Source: a virus. Taken from it: a stretch of 64,000 nucleotides of DNA. Under the pieces are notes generated by a model. It had not been told where the DNA came from. It searched no databases and was given only the letters and a program-made list of their open reading frames with translations. The DNA lies in the IMG/VR virus record IMGVR_UViG_3300019487_000018, positions 69,459-133,458 of that record; one strand, written 5' to 3'. The translations under genes were made by a program, and so were the position numbers. Of the stretch, positions 45,836 to 55,137 are shown piece after piece (the stretch's first letter is position 1; every line of letters starts with the position of its first letter).

Positions 45836-47631
45836 GCAGAGACACTTTACTTAATGATCCTGACGTGATGTTGCTTTGTAAACATTCTCCACGTCAAATT
45901 GACTTTGTCTCATTGGTGCACAACTTTACGCCTGAAAAACGGTTTAAGGTTGACCTTAGTGAGTTCCACAAAGGCTACCGATTGGTACCATTTGCAGCGG
46001 ACACATATGGTGTATACGAATCTGCCAATCATGAAACGTTCACGGAAAGCGACGGAACGTTGAACACCGTGTATGAAGGTAATACACACGAGTTGGGTTC
46101 ACCGTTGATGATTGTTAAATTCAACAAAGACGTCTATCTGAGTGCAAAGGAAAAATGGAGTCAATATTGGACGTGGAAGAGAGAACGAAACGTTGTACGA
46201 AACGCTTTGGAAGAGCAATTTGGATATGATTGTTATACTGACGATACAGAGTTTCTTACGAACGATGGTTGGAAAAAGTTTGATGAGGTGTCAGAAACGG
46301 ACACTCTCGCTACTTTCAATCCATTATCTCATAAGGTTGAATATCAAACGCCGAGAGAACGAATTGAAGGAACGTTTACCGGAAATCTGTATCATTTTAC
46401 AGGCCAACACGTAGACGTATGTGTTACACCAAATCATAAAATGTACATAAGAGAGTTTTCACGGACGCTTGACAAACATGTGAGTGATTGGTCATTTGTT
46501 GATGCAGCGTTTGTTCCGGAATGTTTTGATACACTTCACACCATAGTACCGAAAAAAGCGCGACAGAATTTGCCCAAAGGATTCACTAAAGCAATCTTAG
46601 ATTACATTCCACTGCACTCCTACTTACGAGTCTTGGGATGGTACATTAGTGACGGAAGTTGCTCCTTTCAACCTAACGGTTGCGTTTCATGTGTATCGAT
46701 TTCACAATCGAAACCACAATCGCGATTGACACAAAACCTGACTCGCCAACGTAAACTCAACAAAATAAAATGTACGGAGAAGGTATACGAGGCAAAAGGA
46801 ATAGCAAACTTTCCTGAAAAGCGTTGGTTTTTCGATCAAAAACTGTCCACAATGATATACGAAGATTGTGGACATGGTAGTCATCAAAAGCGAATTCCTC
46901 AATGGTGCTTTGAGTTGACACAGCGTGAGATGAACATACTCCTTACGTGCTTGTTGCAAGGCGACGGAACAAAAAAGAACCATCAAGAAGAAACTTATGT
47001 TTATTATACAATCAATGCAGCACTTGCTGACGATGTACAACGATTGGCCTTTTTGTGTGGGTTTGAAACATCAAAATGGGGTCCTTATTATTCGTCAACG
47101 TTGTTTGATGATAATCTGGAAATGTACCAAGTGCATATAAACAAGAAAGCGTCTAATACAAAAAGAACTTATCGTAGTAACAATAATATTCAAACAATAC
47201 CCGTTGTAAATCAAAGAATTGTTTGTTTTATGACTTCCAACCACACTCTTGTTACACGAAGAAACGGAAAAATAGCACTCCACTCGAATTCAAAGCATGC
47301 AATGCACTTGGTTCGCTTGCTTCGCATGGGCGTGGAAGCTCTAACTGAAGGCAAGATCATCGTTCGTCGTCCAGACGCAAAAGAACTGTTGGAGATCAGA
47401 GCTGGTTCGTGGACTTATGAGCAGGTGGTGGAGTACGCTGAAAAGATGGACGTCATGGTCCGTGAACAGCTATATCCAACAACCAGCTTGCCTAAGAAGC
47501 CGAACTACAAACTTGCGGCACAGTTGACGATTGAGGTTCAAGACATGATGTGGAACCGAACCATTCGCACAATGAGTGAAGAGGAGAAGTTTCTGATCGT
47601 TGGCAACCAACAATACAGGATCACAGACTAA
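45832..47631 (+). CDS. Nucleotidyltransferase C-terminal half, containing an intein
   Basis: ATG 45832 with AAGGA RBS; PRQIDFVSLVHN..WKRERN..LEEQFGYD[intein]SKHAMHLVRLLRMG. Confidence 0.8.
   Translation: MSRDTLLNDPDVMLLCKHSPRQIDFVSLVHNFTPEKRFKVDLSEFHKGYRLVPFAADTYGVYESANHETFTESDGTLNTVYEGNTHELGSPLMIVKFNKDVYLSAKEKWSQYWTWKRERNVVRNALEEQFGYDCYTDDTEFLTNDGWKKFDEVSETDTLATFNPLSHKVEYQTPRERIEGTFTGNLYHFTGQHVDVCVTPNHKMYIREFSRTLDKHVSDWSFVDAAFVPECFDTLHTIVPKKARQNLPKGFTKAILDYIPLHSYLRVLGWYISDGSCSFQPNGCVSCVSISQSKPQSRLTQNLTRQRKLNKIKCTEKVYEAKGIANFPEKRWFFDQKLSTMIYEDCGHGSHQKRIPQWCFELTQREMNILLTCLLQGDGTKKNHQEETYVYYTINAALADDVQRLAFLCGFETSKWGPYYSSTLFDDNLEMYQVHINKKASNTKRTYRSNNNIQTIPVVNQRIVCFMTSNHTLVTRRNGKIALHSNSKHAMHLVRLLRMGVEALTEGKIIVRRPDAKELLEIRAGSWTYEQVVEYAEKMDVMVREQLYPTTSLPKKPNYKLAAQLTIEVQDMMWNRTIRTMSEEEKFLIVGNQQYRITD
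46231..47289 (+). mobile_element. Intein (353 aa) with LAGLIDADG homing endonuclease
   Basis: Starts CYTDDTEFLT..GWK, block B VCVTPNHKMY, LGWYISDGS and LLQGDG motifs, ends VCF..NHTLVTRRNGKIALHSN; +1 residue is Ser; removal restores GYDSKHAMHLVRLL. Confidence 0.92.
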
Positions 47632-48204
47632 ATGATCGACGAAGAACTAGAAAAAGAAATCATACAGTTACTGCAGTTGTTTGAACAGCGAGAACAATTA
47701 TTCACCGTTGGCACAGGAAAAATCATCGAGAAACTCGGTCCAACTGTTCTCGCTGCACTTTACGAGTTCTTCAACGTCTCGTATGACGCAATTTCGTGGC
47801 TGTTGATCGACGTCAATGACGGCACATTGATGATAGGTGCTGTTGTCTCGTATAAAAACACCGATTTGGTGCCGGAGGCAATCAATCGCTTGTCACCTAT
47901 GACAGGTGAAGTACCAGAAGAAGGAAACCTAACCGAGGTTCAACGTCTGATGCGAATTGGTATTCCCTTGGCAATGGTGTTCCAGCCAAAAGAAGAGATT
48001 GTTCGTTTTCTCAACAGCCGCGTTGCTCAACAAGCAACGCCAGAGGCTCCAACTCCAACTGTGTTCGTCAACAAAGCAACGGGCGAAGTGCTTGAAGCGA
48101 AACAAAAACCCGAAGAAAGCGATTTCGACAACAGTAAGCTTTCACGTGAGCAACTCGCCTCGTTACTCCAATCTCAACATCTGATCAAGGGAACAAAACA
48201 CTAA
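47632..48204 (+). CDS. Hypothetical protein
   Basis: 190-aa ORF in a coupled operon. Confidence 0.7.
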   Translation: MIDEELEKEIIQLLQLFEQREQLFTVGTGKIIEKLGPTVLAALYEFFNVSYDAISWLLIDVNDGTLMIGAVVSYKNTDLVPEAINRLSPMTGEVPEEGNLTEVQRLMRIGIPLAMVFQPKEEIVRFLNSRVAQQATPEAPTPTVFVNKATGEVLEAKQKPEESDFDNSKLSREQLASLLQSQHLIKGTKH

Positions 48205-48683
48205 TGGCAGATCCAACAAACATATTCCAAAAACTCGAACCAAAAGACAGTATAGCGTTTCGCCTGCTTCTTGAACGACACGTGCAACTGGAAGAAGAGT
48301 ACGACCTTGCTCGGCAGAGCTTAACATTCAAAGGTAAGACGCTAGCGCAGGCAAACAATGATCAAGCCGAATGGCCGATCTACGTTGACGAACGACTTTC
48401 CGAACTTAAAACAATCTGTAAACGACTAGAAACCGTTGTGGATATGGTTCGGGGAAACATTGTTCGGCAGCTCAAGGGTGGCAGTGGGCTTGATTTAGGT
48501 CGCGACCTCACTCGCTACGTTGACCGTGACGACAAGTTCCTTGATGCTCAGGAACGATTCCTGATGTTTGACGAACTCCGTGAAAAGTATGCAGCACTTT
48601 CCGAAGCATGGACCACAAGGGGGTATGCTTTGAAGAACAGAGTGGACATGTTGGTACATCAGGTAAAAGACAACCTGTTATAA
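48204..48683 (+). CDS. uvsY: UvsY-like recombination mediator
   Basis: Helical 159-aa protein immediately upstream of UvsW; YVDRD..RGYALKN pattern. Confidence 0.6.
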   Translation: MADPTNIFQKLEPKDSIAFRLLLERHVQLEEEYDLARQSLTFKGKTLAQANNDQAEWPIYVDERLSELKTICKRLETVVDMVRGNIVRQLKGGSGLDLGRDLTRYVDRDDKFLDAQERFLMFDELREKYAALSEAWTTRGYALKNRVDMLVHQVKDNLL

Positions 48684-48685
48684 AC

Positions 48686-50202
48686 ATGCAAATACGAATA
48701 AGGATACTCAATGAAGTATACGTTGTTGTTCTGGATCTTCTACCAGAGCACGTCGATTACTTCTACGAAAAATACGCTGTTCATGCGCCGAACTACTTCT
48801 TCAATCCGCGCTACAAACTAGGCCAGTGGGACGGTAAGATTCGCTTCTTTCACAAGACGGGCAAGACATACTTGTACCTGTTGGAAGACCTCTTGCCGCG
48901 TATCGTCAATCTTGGCTACAAGGTCGTCTTAGAAGACCTGCGTGACAACGTTCTGGTTGCAGCCGACGAAATCGATGCTGACTTGTTTAACGCCGTAAAG
49001 CATCCTGACACAGGTGAAGCTACGGTACTTCGCGAACATCAGGTTCAGCTGTAAATTCACTTATCCGAGAAGGTTTTGGTACAGTGATAGCATCAACCGG
49101 ATCTGGCAAAACTCTAATGTGTGCTGCGTTGTGTTATCAGTATGATAAGTTTGGATTGAAGTCGTTAACAATCGTTCCAAACAAGGACTTGATTCGTCAA
49201 ACACGCCAAACATACATTCATTACGGACTCGACACAGGCGAATATAGCGGCGAACGAAAGACACTTGGACATCAACACGTTGTTTCAACGTGGCAAGCAC
49301 TTAAGAATGCACCGGAAGTGATCACGATGTTCAACATTGTCATCGTCGATGAGGCGCATGGTTTGAAAGGCAATGTCCTGTCAACAATCCTGACCGACCA
49401 TGCTGCAAAGGTCCCGTATCGCTTTGGTTTCACTGGTACGCTGCCAAAGGACAAATCTGATGCTTGGGCTGTTCATGTGGCCGTTGGTCCAGTCCGCTAC
49501 CAAGTTCCAGCTTTTGAACTGATCGAGAAGGGACTTCTTGCCAAGATCAATATTGATGTGGTCCAACTGACTGAAGATCTGACTGAAGAGTACGACCAAT
49601 TCATTGCCGACACACCAAACATTCCCAATAATGAGCAGCCGACGTATGCAGAGTTCAAAGAAGGCTACTTTCCAGACTTTACAGCTGAGAAGTCATACTT
49701 GCAACACAAGGAAGACCGGATCACATATCTTGCGCAGTATATTGAAGCAAAGCGGGATGCAAAAAGGGGAAACGTTCTCTGTCTCATAGACAACATTGCA
49801 TTTGGTCGAAAACTCGCTGCAGAAATCAATGGAGCTATTTTCGTCAATGGTAAGGATGTTAGATCAACGAAGGAACGAAAACAGATCTATGACTTGTTTG
49901 CTTCTCACGACGATCTTGTCGTGATTGCTACGGTCCACATTGCAGGAACTGGCATTGACATTCACCGCATCTTCAACCTAATGTTAATCGATATTGGAAA
50001 ATCATTCATTCGAGTGATCCAAGCAATTGGTCGAGGACTGCGCATGGCAGAAGACAAGGATAGCGTTCACATCTCTGATTTGACGAGCGATTTAAAGTAC
50101 AGTCGCAAACATATGCGAGAGCGAATAAAGTTCTACAAAGAAGCTCAATACCCTCATAAGCTACACAAAATCAACTACTCGAAGCTTGTCCTCGAGGACT
50201 AA
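48686..50202 (+). CDS. uvsW: UvsW-like SF2 helicase, interrupted by a frameshift near 49046
   Basis: N-part (PRYKLGQWDGKIRFF..VLREHQV) stops at 49054; the -1 frame continues AVNSLIREGFGTVIASTGSGKT..DEAH..GFTGT..QAIGRGLR. Confidence 0.85.
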
Positions 50203-50220
50203 CGTCGCTATAATAGAACG

Positions 50221-50712
50221 ATGCTGATTTTTGACACTGAAAACAAGCCTGTCCTTTTAGACAGCATTTACACCCCGACGTTGACTGATCATATGTGGGT
50301 TCTTGATTTGAACCTCATGGACTTTACAATGTCTCCCTTGCTTGTCCTTGAGGAGATTGTGTGTCCGGTAATTGTTGTCGCGGTTAGAGGCTTCGAGTTT
50401 CCTCTGCCAGCAAATTGGAACATTCTCGTGTACGACACAGACACATCACAGCTTGATGTGATTGAGGTTGCAGAGGCTGCTGGACGTGAGTTCACTGCAC
50501 TGGTGTATGGACCGAACAAGGCGAATTTCGGTGCGGGAATTGTCTCAGTGACAAACTACTTCGCTGAGTTCCGTATTGTTGCCCCCTCATTAAACAAACA
50601 TCAAATGTTGTGTCATCCAATTGGACCAGACGAATGGGTAACGGTCTCTCCATCTGACGGGTACAACAAGTATTTGAAGGGTCGGATCGTTGGTGACCTA
50701 ATAGGATATTGA
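50221..50712 (+). CDS. Hypothetical protein downstream of uvsW
   Basis: 163-aa beta-rich ORF; preceded by TATAAT at 50208. Confidence 0.7.
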   Translation: MLIFDTENKPVLLDSIYTPTLTDHMWVLDLNLMDFTMSPLLVLEEIVCPVIVVAVRGFEFPLPANWNILVYDTDTSQLDVIEVAEAAGREFTALVYGPNKANFGAGIVSVTNYFAEFRIVAPSLNKHQMLCHPIGPDEWVTVSPSDGYNKYLKGRIVGDLIGY

Positions 50713-50776
50713 ACAATTTGAGTGGTATATCTGTCAAAAATTGTTGTAAATAACAGCTTAGGTGAACTAATAGGAT

Positions 50777-51178
50777 ATGAACATGGCAGAGAAAAAAGAA
50801 AAGAAACTCACAGTCAAAGAGTTCAAATACTGGCTTGAAGGTGTCGAAGAAATGCAAGATGAAGGCTGGTATCCCGATCCGCGCCAATGGAAACGCATTC
50901 GCGAAAAGATAGGACTGCTTGACGAGGCCGCCTCAATGATGACTGAAGTTCAGGCTGCTGGACTTACGTCAATTGCCCCTGGTATAATGGCATTTCCTCC
51001 AAATGTGAATCCAAACAATCCGTTGGAACGAATGAACATTGATCCAGCTAACTTTCCACAACCGACTGCTCGTCCACCAGGCAATGGCCCGTTCTTAAAC
51101 GATGACACATCCAAACCAGCCAAGACCCCAAACATCGACACCGGACCGGGTAAGCCTTACGCAAGCTCATTTACATAG
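50777..51178 (+). CDS. Hypothetical protein
   Basis: FKYWLEGVEEMQ..WYPDPRQWKRIR N-domain, Pro-rich tail. Confidence 0.7.
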   Translation: MNMAEKKEKKLTVKEFKYWLEGVEEMQDEGWYPDPRQWKRIREKIGLLDEAASMMTEVQAAGLTSIAPGIMAFPPNVNPNNPLERMNIDPANFPQPTARPPGNGPFLNDDTSKPAKTPNIDTGPGKPYASSFT

Positions 51179-51701
51179 TACAACGCTGAAAGACCGCACC
51201 CTTTGGTTTGATGGTGATTCGTCGTTCAACTCAGATACGTTGTACGACGCCGTTCAGAAGTATGACGTAAAGTTTGTCGATTGGATCTCACCTCTCGTTG
51301 CCCAATACAATCGTCAAGTTCAGACCGATCAAGAACTCACTGTCAAAACACGATGCAAGCCTTTAACGTTTGACTGGACGATTCCTGAGAAGTACGCTAA
51401 ACTTGACATTGTGCAGCATATCGCCGACAAGCATTGGGCTGTCTTGCGGACGTGCCCGGAACAGGAGTGGGAAGATCGCGAACTTCGCCTCGTTTCAGAG
51501 CTACGGAACTATCAGAAGCGGAATTTGTACGGCGTTTTACGCGTAATCATTTTCGTCATAAATACCTTAACCGACAATGATATAGTGTGGGGTGTCGGCC
51601 GTGGCAGCAGCGTGTCGTCTTATGTCTTGTATGTGATAGGTGTTCACGACGTGGATAGCTTTGCATATGATCTCGACGTCGACGACTTCCTGCACGATTA
51701 G
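51102..51701 (+). CDS. Stand-alone fragment homologous to DNA polymerase III alpha (DnaE) palm region
   Basis: IVWGVGRGSSVSSYVLYVIGVHDVD..YDL..DFL matches the DnaE G-x-GRGS..SLV.Y.LGIT.VDP..Y.L..ERFL motif. Confidence 0.75.
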   Translation: MTHPNQPRPQTSTPDRVSLTQAHLHSTTLKDRTLWFDGDSSFNSDTLYDAVQKYDVKFVDWISPLVAQYNRQVQTDQELTVKTRCKPLTFDWTIPEKYAKLDIVQHIADKHWAVLRTCPEQEWEDRELRLVSELRNYQKRNLYGVLRVIIFVINTLTDNDIVWGVGRGSSVSSYVLYVIGVHDVDSFAYDLDVDDFLHD

Positions 51702-51710
51702 GAGAGGGTT

Positions 51711-51971
51711 ATGCGAAAAGGAGTGCGTAGTGCGCGCGGCGTTGAAGTCAACTTCGACCTGCTCAAAATCAAACAACAGATTGCTTCTGCTCCGAAAACA
51801 ACGGAAGTGAAAGCGCGCGAGAGCTTTATTGATCAGAAGTTCAAGCGCCGGCTTAAGAGGGTACAGGCACAAGTGACGGATAATACAATTCCGCCACCAG
51901 GACCACAAGTATTTCCTGAAGTCGTCGTCGAGAAAAAGTTACCGGAGTCAGACGAACCAAAAGAACAATAA
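51711..51971 (+). CDS. Hypothetical protein
   Basis: GGAG RBS; RSARGVEVNFDLLKIK. Confidence 0.65.
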   Translation: MRKGVRSARGVEVNFDLLKIKQQIASAPKTTEVKARESFIDQKFKRRLKRVQAQVTDNTIPPPGPQVFPEVVVEKKLPESDEPKEQ

Positions 51972-51986
51972 TACGGAGTGCATATT

Positions 51987-52580
51987 ATGAAACTTAGACC
52001 CATACAAAACCATATCATCTTTCGCTTTCTTGAAACCGTTGATTCAAAAGGATATTTCACTAAAAAGCTCGACTGGGGATTTGAAGTACAAGGACATGCT
52101 GACGATAGTGCAAAATCTCCTCGTTGGGTGAAAGTCCTTGATGTAGGACCAGATTGTAAAGGCGTAAAGCCAGGTGATGATATTCTTGTTAAGCCATTGA
52201 TGTGGTCGTTGCGATTCAAGGTCGACGGCGAACAACTATGGCGAACCGATGAAAGCAAGATCATTGCCGCAGATACGATAACAACGGACGAAGCAGGAAA
52301 CATCAAACACGACTTTCGTGCTTTCGGTAAGAGTGTAATTTTCCATCGCATGGACGTTCAGAAAAACGTCACCGAATCTGGTCTCCATGTCGAAGGCAAA
52401 ATAAACGATGATACGGCATACGGACAAGTTGTTGACCTTGGCCCGGATGCGGTTTCCGAGCTCAAAAACGCAAAAGTATACTTCCTGGACCAGAACTTCT
52501 TTGGTTACTTCGAGTACAGAGGCGTTAAGTTCTGCTATATCGAAGAAAACGAGATTCTGGCATACGAACCTAAGGAGTAA
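51987..52580 (+). CDS. groES: Tandem double-domain GroES-like co-chaperonin
   Basis: Domain 1 LRPIQNHII..VLDVGP..VKPGDDIL..ESKIIA; domain 2 FRAFGKSVI..TESGL..GQVVDLGP..EENEILA. Confidence 0.75.
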   Translation: MKLRPIQNHIIFRFLETVDSKGYFTKKLDWGFEVQGHADDSAKSPRWVKVLDVGPDCKGVKPGDDILVKPLMWSLRFKVDGEQLWRTDESKIIAADTITTDEAGNIKHDFRAFGKSVIFHRMDVQKNVTESGLHVEGKINDDTAYGQVVDLGPDAVSELKNAKVYFLDQNFFGYFEYRGVKFCYIEENEILAYEPKE

Positions 52581-52582
52581 CA

Positions 52583-53791
52583 ATGCTGTTCATTGCCATG
52601 TTGATTGCTACAACAATAGCAATCGCAGGATCTGCTGCTTACTTTAGCGTGTATGGTCTTGCGTATACGTTCAGTGGGATGTTCTGGTATGTTGTTGTTA
52701 TGGGAGCATCTCTTGAAGCTGGTAAACTGATGTCCGCTTCGTATCTTTACCGATACTGGTCAAAGATGGGTGGGTGGACGTGGCTTCGATACTACATGAT
52801 TGCTGGTATTCTGGCGTTGATGTTTCTGACGTCTGCTGGCATTTTCGGCTTCTTGTCATCTGGTTATCAGGCAGATGTCCTTCCGTTGAAACAGAAAGAA
52901 GCACAAGTCAAGCTTCTTGAGGACGAAAAGGTCCGTAAGCTTGCTCGGAAACAACAAATAGACGACCTGATCGCCCGATCTCCAATAGTGCAAAATCTTG
53001 AGCGTAACGGCGAGATCGACCGTCGCGCAATGCTTGTGTTGCGCGAAAGCACACGCGCACGAGACAGTTTGACCCGACAGTATAAGGCAGAACAGACCGA
53101 AGTCACGAAGCGACTGAATGAACTCGACAAAGAGATCCTTGCGCTTCAACAAGAAATCATCAAGACAGAAGCACATATTGGTCCGATTACCTACATTGCG
53201 AAGGCGTTTGGTTATGAAACGGATCAAGCAACAAAGTACCTGATCTTCATAATCATCTTTGCGTTCGACCCAATGGCAATCGCTTTGACGCTCCGCGTGA
53301 ACATCGCTTTGCGAGTCCGTAATAACGAACGGCGACCAATGCCAGAGATCAAACCTCGCGAATCGATGCTGCCTGAACCAAAACACACACCACCAATGCC
53401 AGAGATCAAACAGCATCCAAAGCAGGAGATTGACCCTCGTGAATTCATTGGAGAACTGTTGCCCGAACCAAAACACACACCACCAATGCCAGAGATCGAA
53501 CAGCCTCACGCTGTTCGAGCAGAAATTCTTCCGGTAAAGATTCCAATTTCAGAGCCTGTTGTTGAGAAAAAACCTGAACAGCCTGTTGAAAAACGCATTC
53601 GTCCACGATACATTGACGAACTGGCCGCAAGTAGTGGTGCGATCAACCCCGATGCGCTATACGAATTGATCAGCTACTATCGTGAACTAAAGGCGAAGCC
53701 TCATCCTTTAACGGGTCAAGACCTTGTTGACAAGCACGCAATCGAGAACATTCTTCGTAGTCATGGATTGATGTTATACTTCAACGAGTAG
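52583..53791 (+). CDS. Membrane protein with coiled coil and Pro-rich repeat
   Basis: Three N-terminal TM segments (SAAYFSVYG, LEAGKL, TSAGIFGFLS), coiled coil, FIIIFAFDPMAI. Confidence 0.8.
   Translation: MLFIAMLIATTIAIAGSAAYFSVYGLAYTFSGMFWYVVVMGASLEAGKLMSASYLYRYWSKMGGWTWLRYYMIAGILALMFLTSAGIFGFLSSGYQADVLPLKQKEAQVKLLEDEKVRKLARKQQIDDLIARSPIVQNLERNGEIDRRAMLVLRESTRARDSLTRQYKAEQTEVTKRLNELDKEILALQQEIIKTEAHIGPITYIAKAFGYETDQATKYLIFIIIFAFDPMAIALTLRVNIALRVRNNERRPMPEIKPRESMLPEPKHTPPMPEIKQHPKQEIDPREFIGELLPEPKHTPPMPEIEQPHAVRAEILPVKIPISEPVVEKKPEQPVEKRIRPRYIDELAASSGAINPDALYELISYYRELKAKPHPLTGQDLVDKHAIENILRSHGLMLYFNE
53371..53504 (+). repeat. 44-nt direct repeat (2 mismatches) at 53371 and 53461, partial third copy at about 53335
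   Basis: GCC(T/C)GAACCAAAACACACACCACCAATGCCAGAGATC(A/G)AACAGC, encoding PEPKHTPPMPEI. Confidence 0.85.
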
Positions 53792-53819
53792 TTGATTTGT
53801 TCCTTGTAGTCGGTATAAT
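53792..53819 (+). promoter_or_regulatory. Sigma70-like promoter upstream of clamp loader
   Basis: TTGATT-N16-TATAAT. Confidence 0.55.
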
Positions 53820-53842
53820 ATACGATACCAAGGAGCATCCTA

Positions 53843-54772
53843 ATGCAAGATAAGCATAAGCTTTGGGTCGAAAAATACAGACCCTCTGCAATAGAAGACT
53901 ACATTTTTCACGACGGACATCAACGGGCCTCATTCGAGGTGATGATTGCAAATAAAACGATCCCACACCTACTTTTGTCTGGTGTTCAAGGATCTGGTAA
54001 GACAACAATCGCTCGAATCCTTATCAGTGCAATGGAACTTGACAACAGTGATGTGCTGAAGATCAACGCTTCACGAGAAAACACCGTTGAAGTGGTTCGT
54101 GAGAAGATTCAAAGCTTCGTTTCCACGTTCGCAATGAGTGACTTCAAGATTGTGTACCTCGAAGAAGCGGACTACATCACGTTGAACGGTCAAGCCGTAA
54201 TGCGCAATATCATGGAACAGTATTCGAATCACGTCCGGTTCCTACTAACTTGTAACTACGCCCATCGAATCATGCCCGCTATCGTGTCGCGATGCCAACA
54301 CTTCCATTTCAAAGCTCCGCCAAAAGCAGAAGTAGCAAGCTACTGCTATGAAATTCTTGGCCGGGAACGAATCAACTTCTCCGATGCGACGTTGATCAAA
54401 TACATAACGCACGGCTATCCGGACATTCGCAAGATCGTCAATTCGTTACAACAGAATTCGAGTACTGGTGAGCTTCTTGATCCAAAGCTAGAAGGCGCTG
54501 CCGGTGATTGGAAGTTCCAACTGATCGACATGATTGAACAGAATAAGTGGAATGAAGCTAGGAAACTGGTGTGTGCGAGTGTTGATGGAGAAGAGTGGGT
54601 CGAATTGTACAGATTCCTCTACGAGAATCTACGTCGAGGCCTCAAGTTTCAAGACACTGCAAAGTGGGAGGAAGGAATTCTCACGATTGCAAAACATCTA
54701 TACCAGCATGGTGTTGTTGCTGATCCCGAGATCAATGCAGCTGCCATGTTTATCAGCTTAGGACAACTATAA
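53843..54772 (+). CDS. Clamp loader AAA+ subunit (T4 gp44/RFC-like)
   Basis: WVEKYRP, PHLLLSGVQGSGKTT, INASRE, IVYLEEAD, SRC, YPDIRK. Confidence 0.93.
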   Translation: MQDKHKLWVEKYRPSAIEDYIFHDGHQRASFEVMIANKTIPHLLLSGVQGSGKTTIARILISAMELDNSDVLKINASRENTVEVVREKIQSFVSTFAMSDFKIVYLEEADYITLNGQAVMRNIMEQYSNHVRFLLTCNYAHRIMPAIVSRCQHFHFKAPPKAEVASYCYEILGRERINFSDATLIKYITHGYPDIRKIVNSLQQNSSTGELLDPKLEGAAGDWKFQLIDMIEQNKWNEARKLVCASVDGEEWVELYRFLYENLRRGLKFQDTAKWEEGILTIAKHLYQHGVVADPEINAAAMFISLGQL

Positions 54773-55137
54773 TGGCTCGTAGAAAGAAACCAGACGCAGA
54801 GACGCCTGAACAGGCGAGACAACGAAGAATTTTCGAGACGATTTGTGACCATGCAACGCGTGGTGAAAAGGTATCGTGGAATCGATTGATGGACAACATG
54901 GTGTCTTTGCTTGCAAAGTTAAAACCGATTGAAGACAAAATCGTCGCGCTGCAGTCACAGAAACTTCCGATCATTGACGAAGTTGCGAATCTTCGCCGAC
55001 GAATGGTAATGGACTGTGTTCATCCGTATGAACAACTAGTGCTTACTGCTGAACACGTTGAGTGCAAATTCTGCATGAGGCGCTTTCGCGTGCCAAATAT
55101 GCACGACGATAGCGTGTTGAGTCAGGATTCCCAATGA
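54772..55137 (+). CDS. Hypothetical coiled-coil protein with C-terminal C/H motif
   Basis: CVHP..ECKFC; coupled operon. Confidence 0.65.
   Translation: MARRKKPDAETPEQARQRRIFETICDHATRGEKVSWNRLMDNMVSLLAKLKPIEDKIVALQSQKLPIIDEVANLRRRMVMDCVHPYEQLVLTAEHVECKFCMRRFRVPNMHDDSVLSQDSQ

Noticed and set aside
50221-50712. Possible stand-alone Hint/intein-like domain
   Set aside because: Beta-rich, but lacks the N-terminal Cys/Ser, TxxH block and terminal HN; not supportable without a profile search.
53335-53504. Repeats as a possible mini-CRISPR array
   Set aside because: Only two full copies, in frame within a CDS, non-palindromic, and no cas genes nearby.
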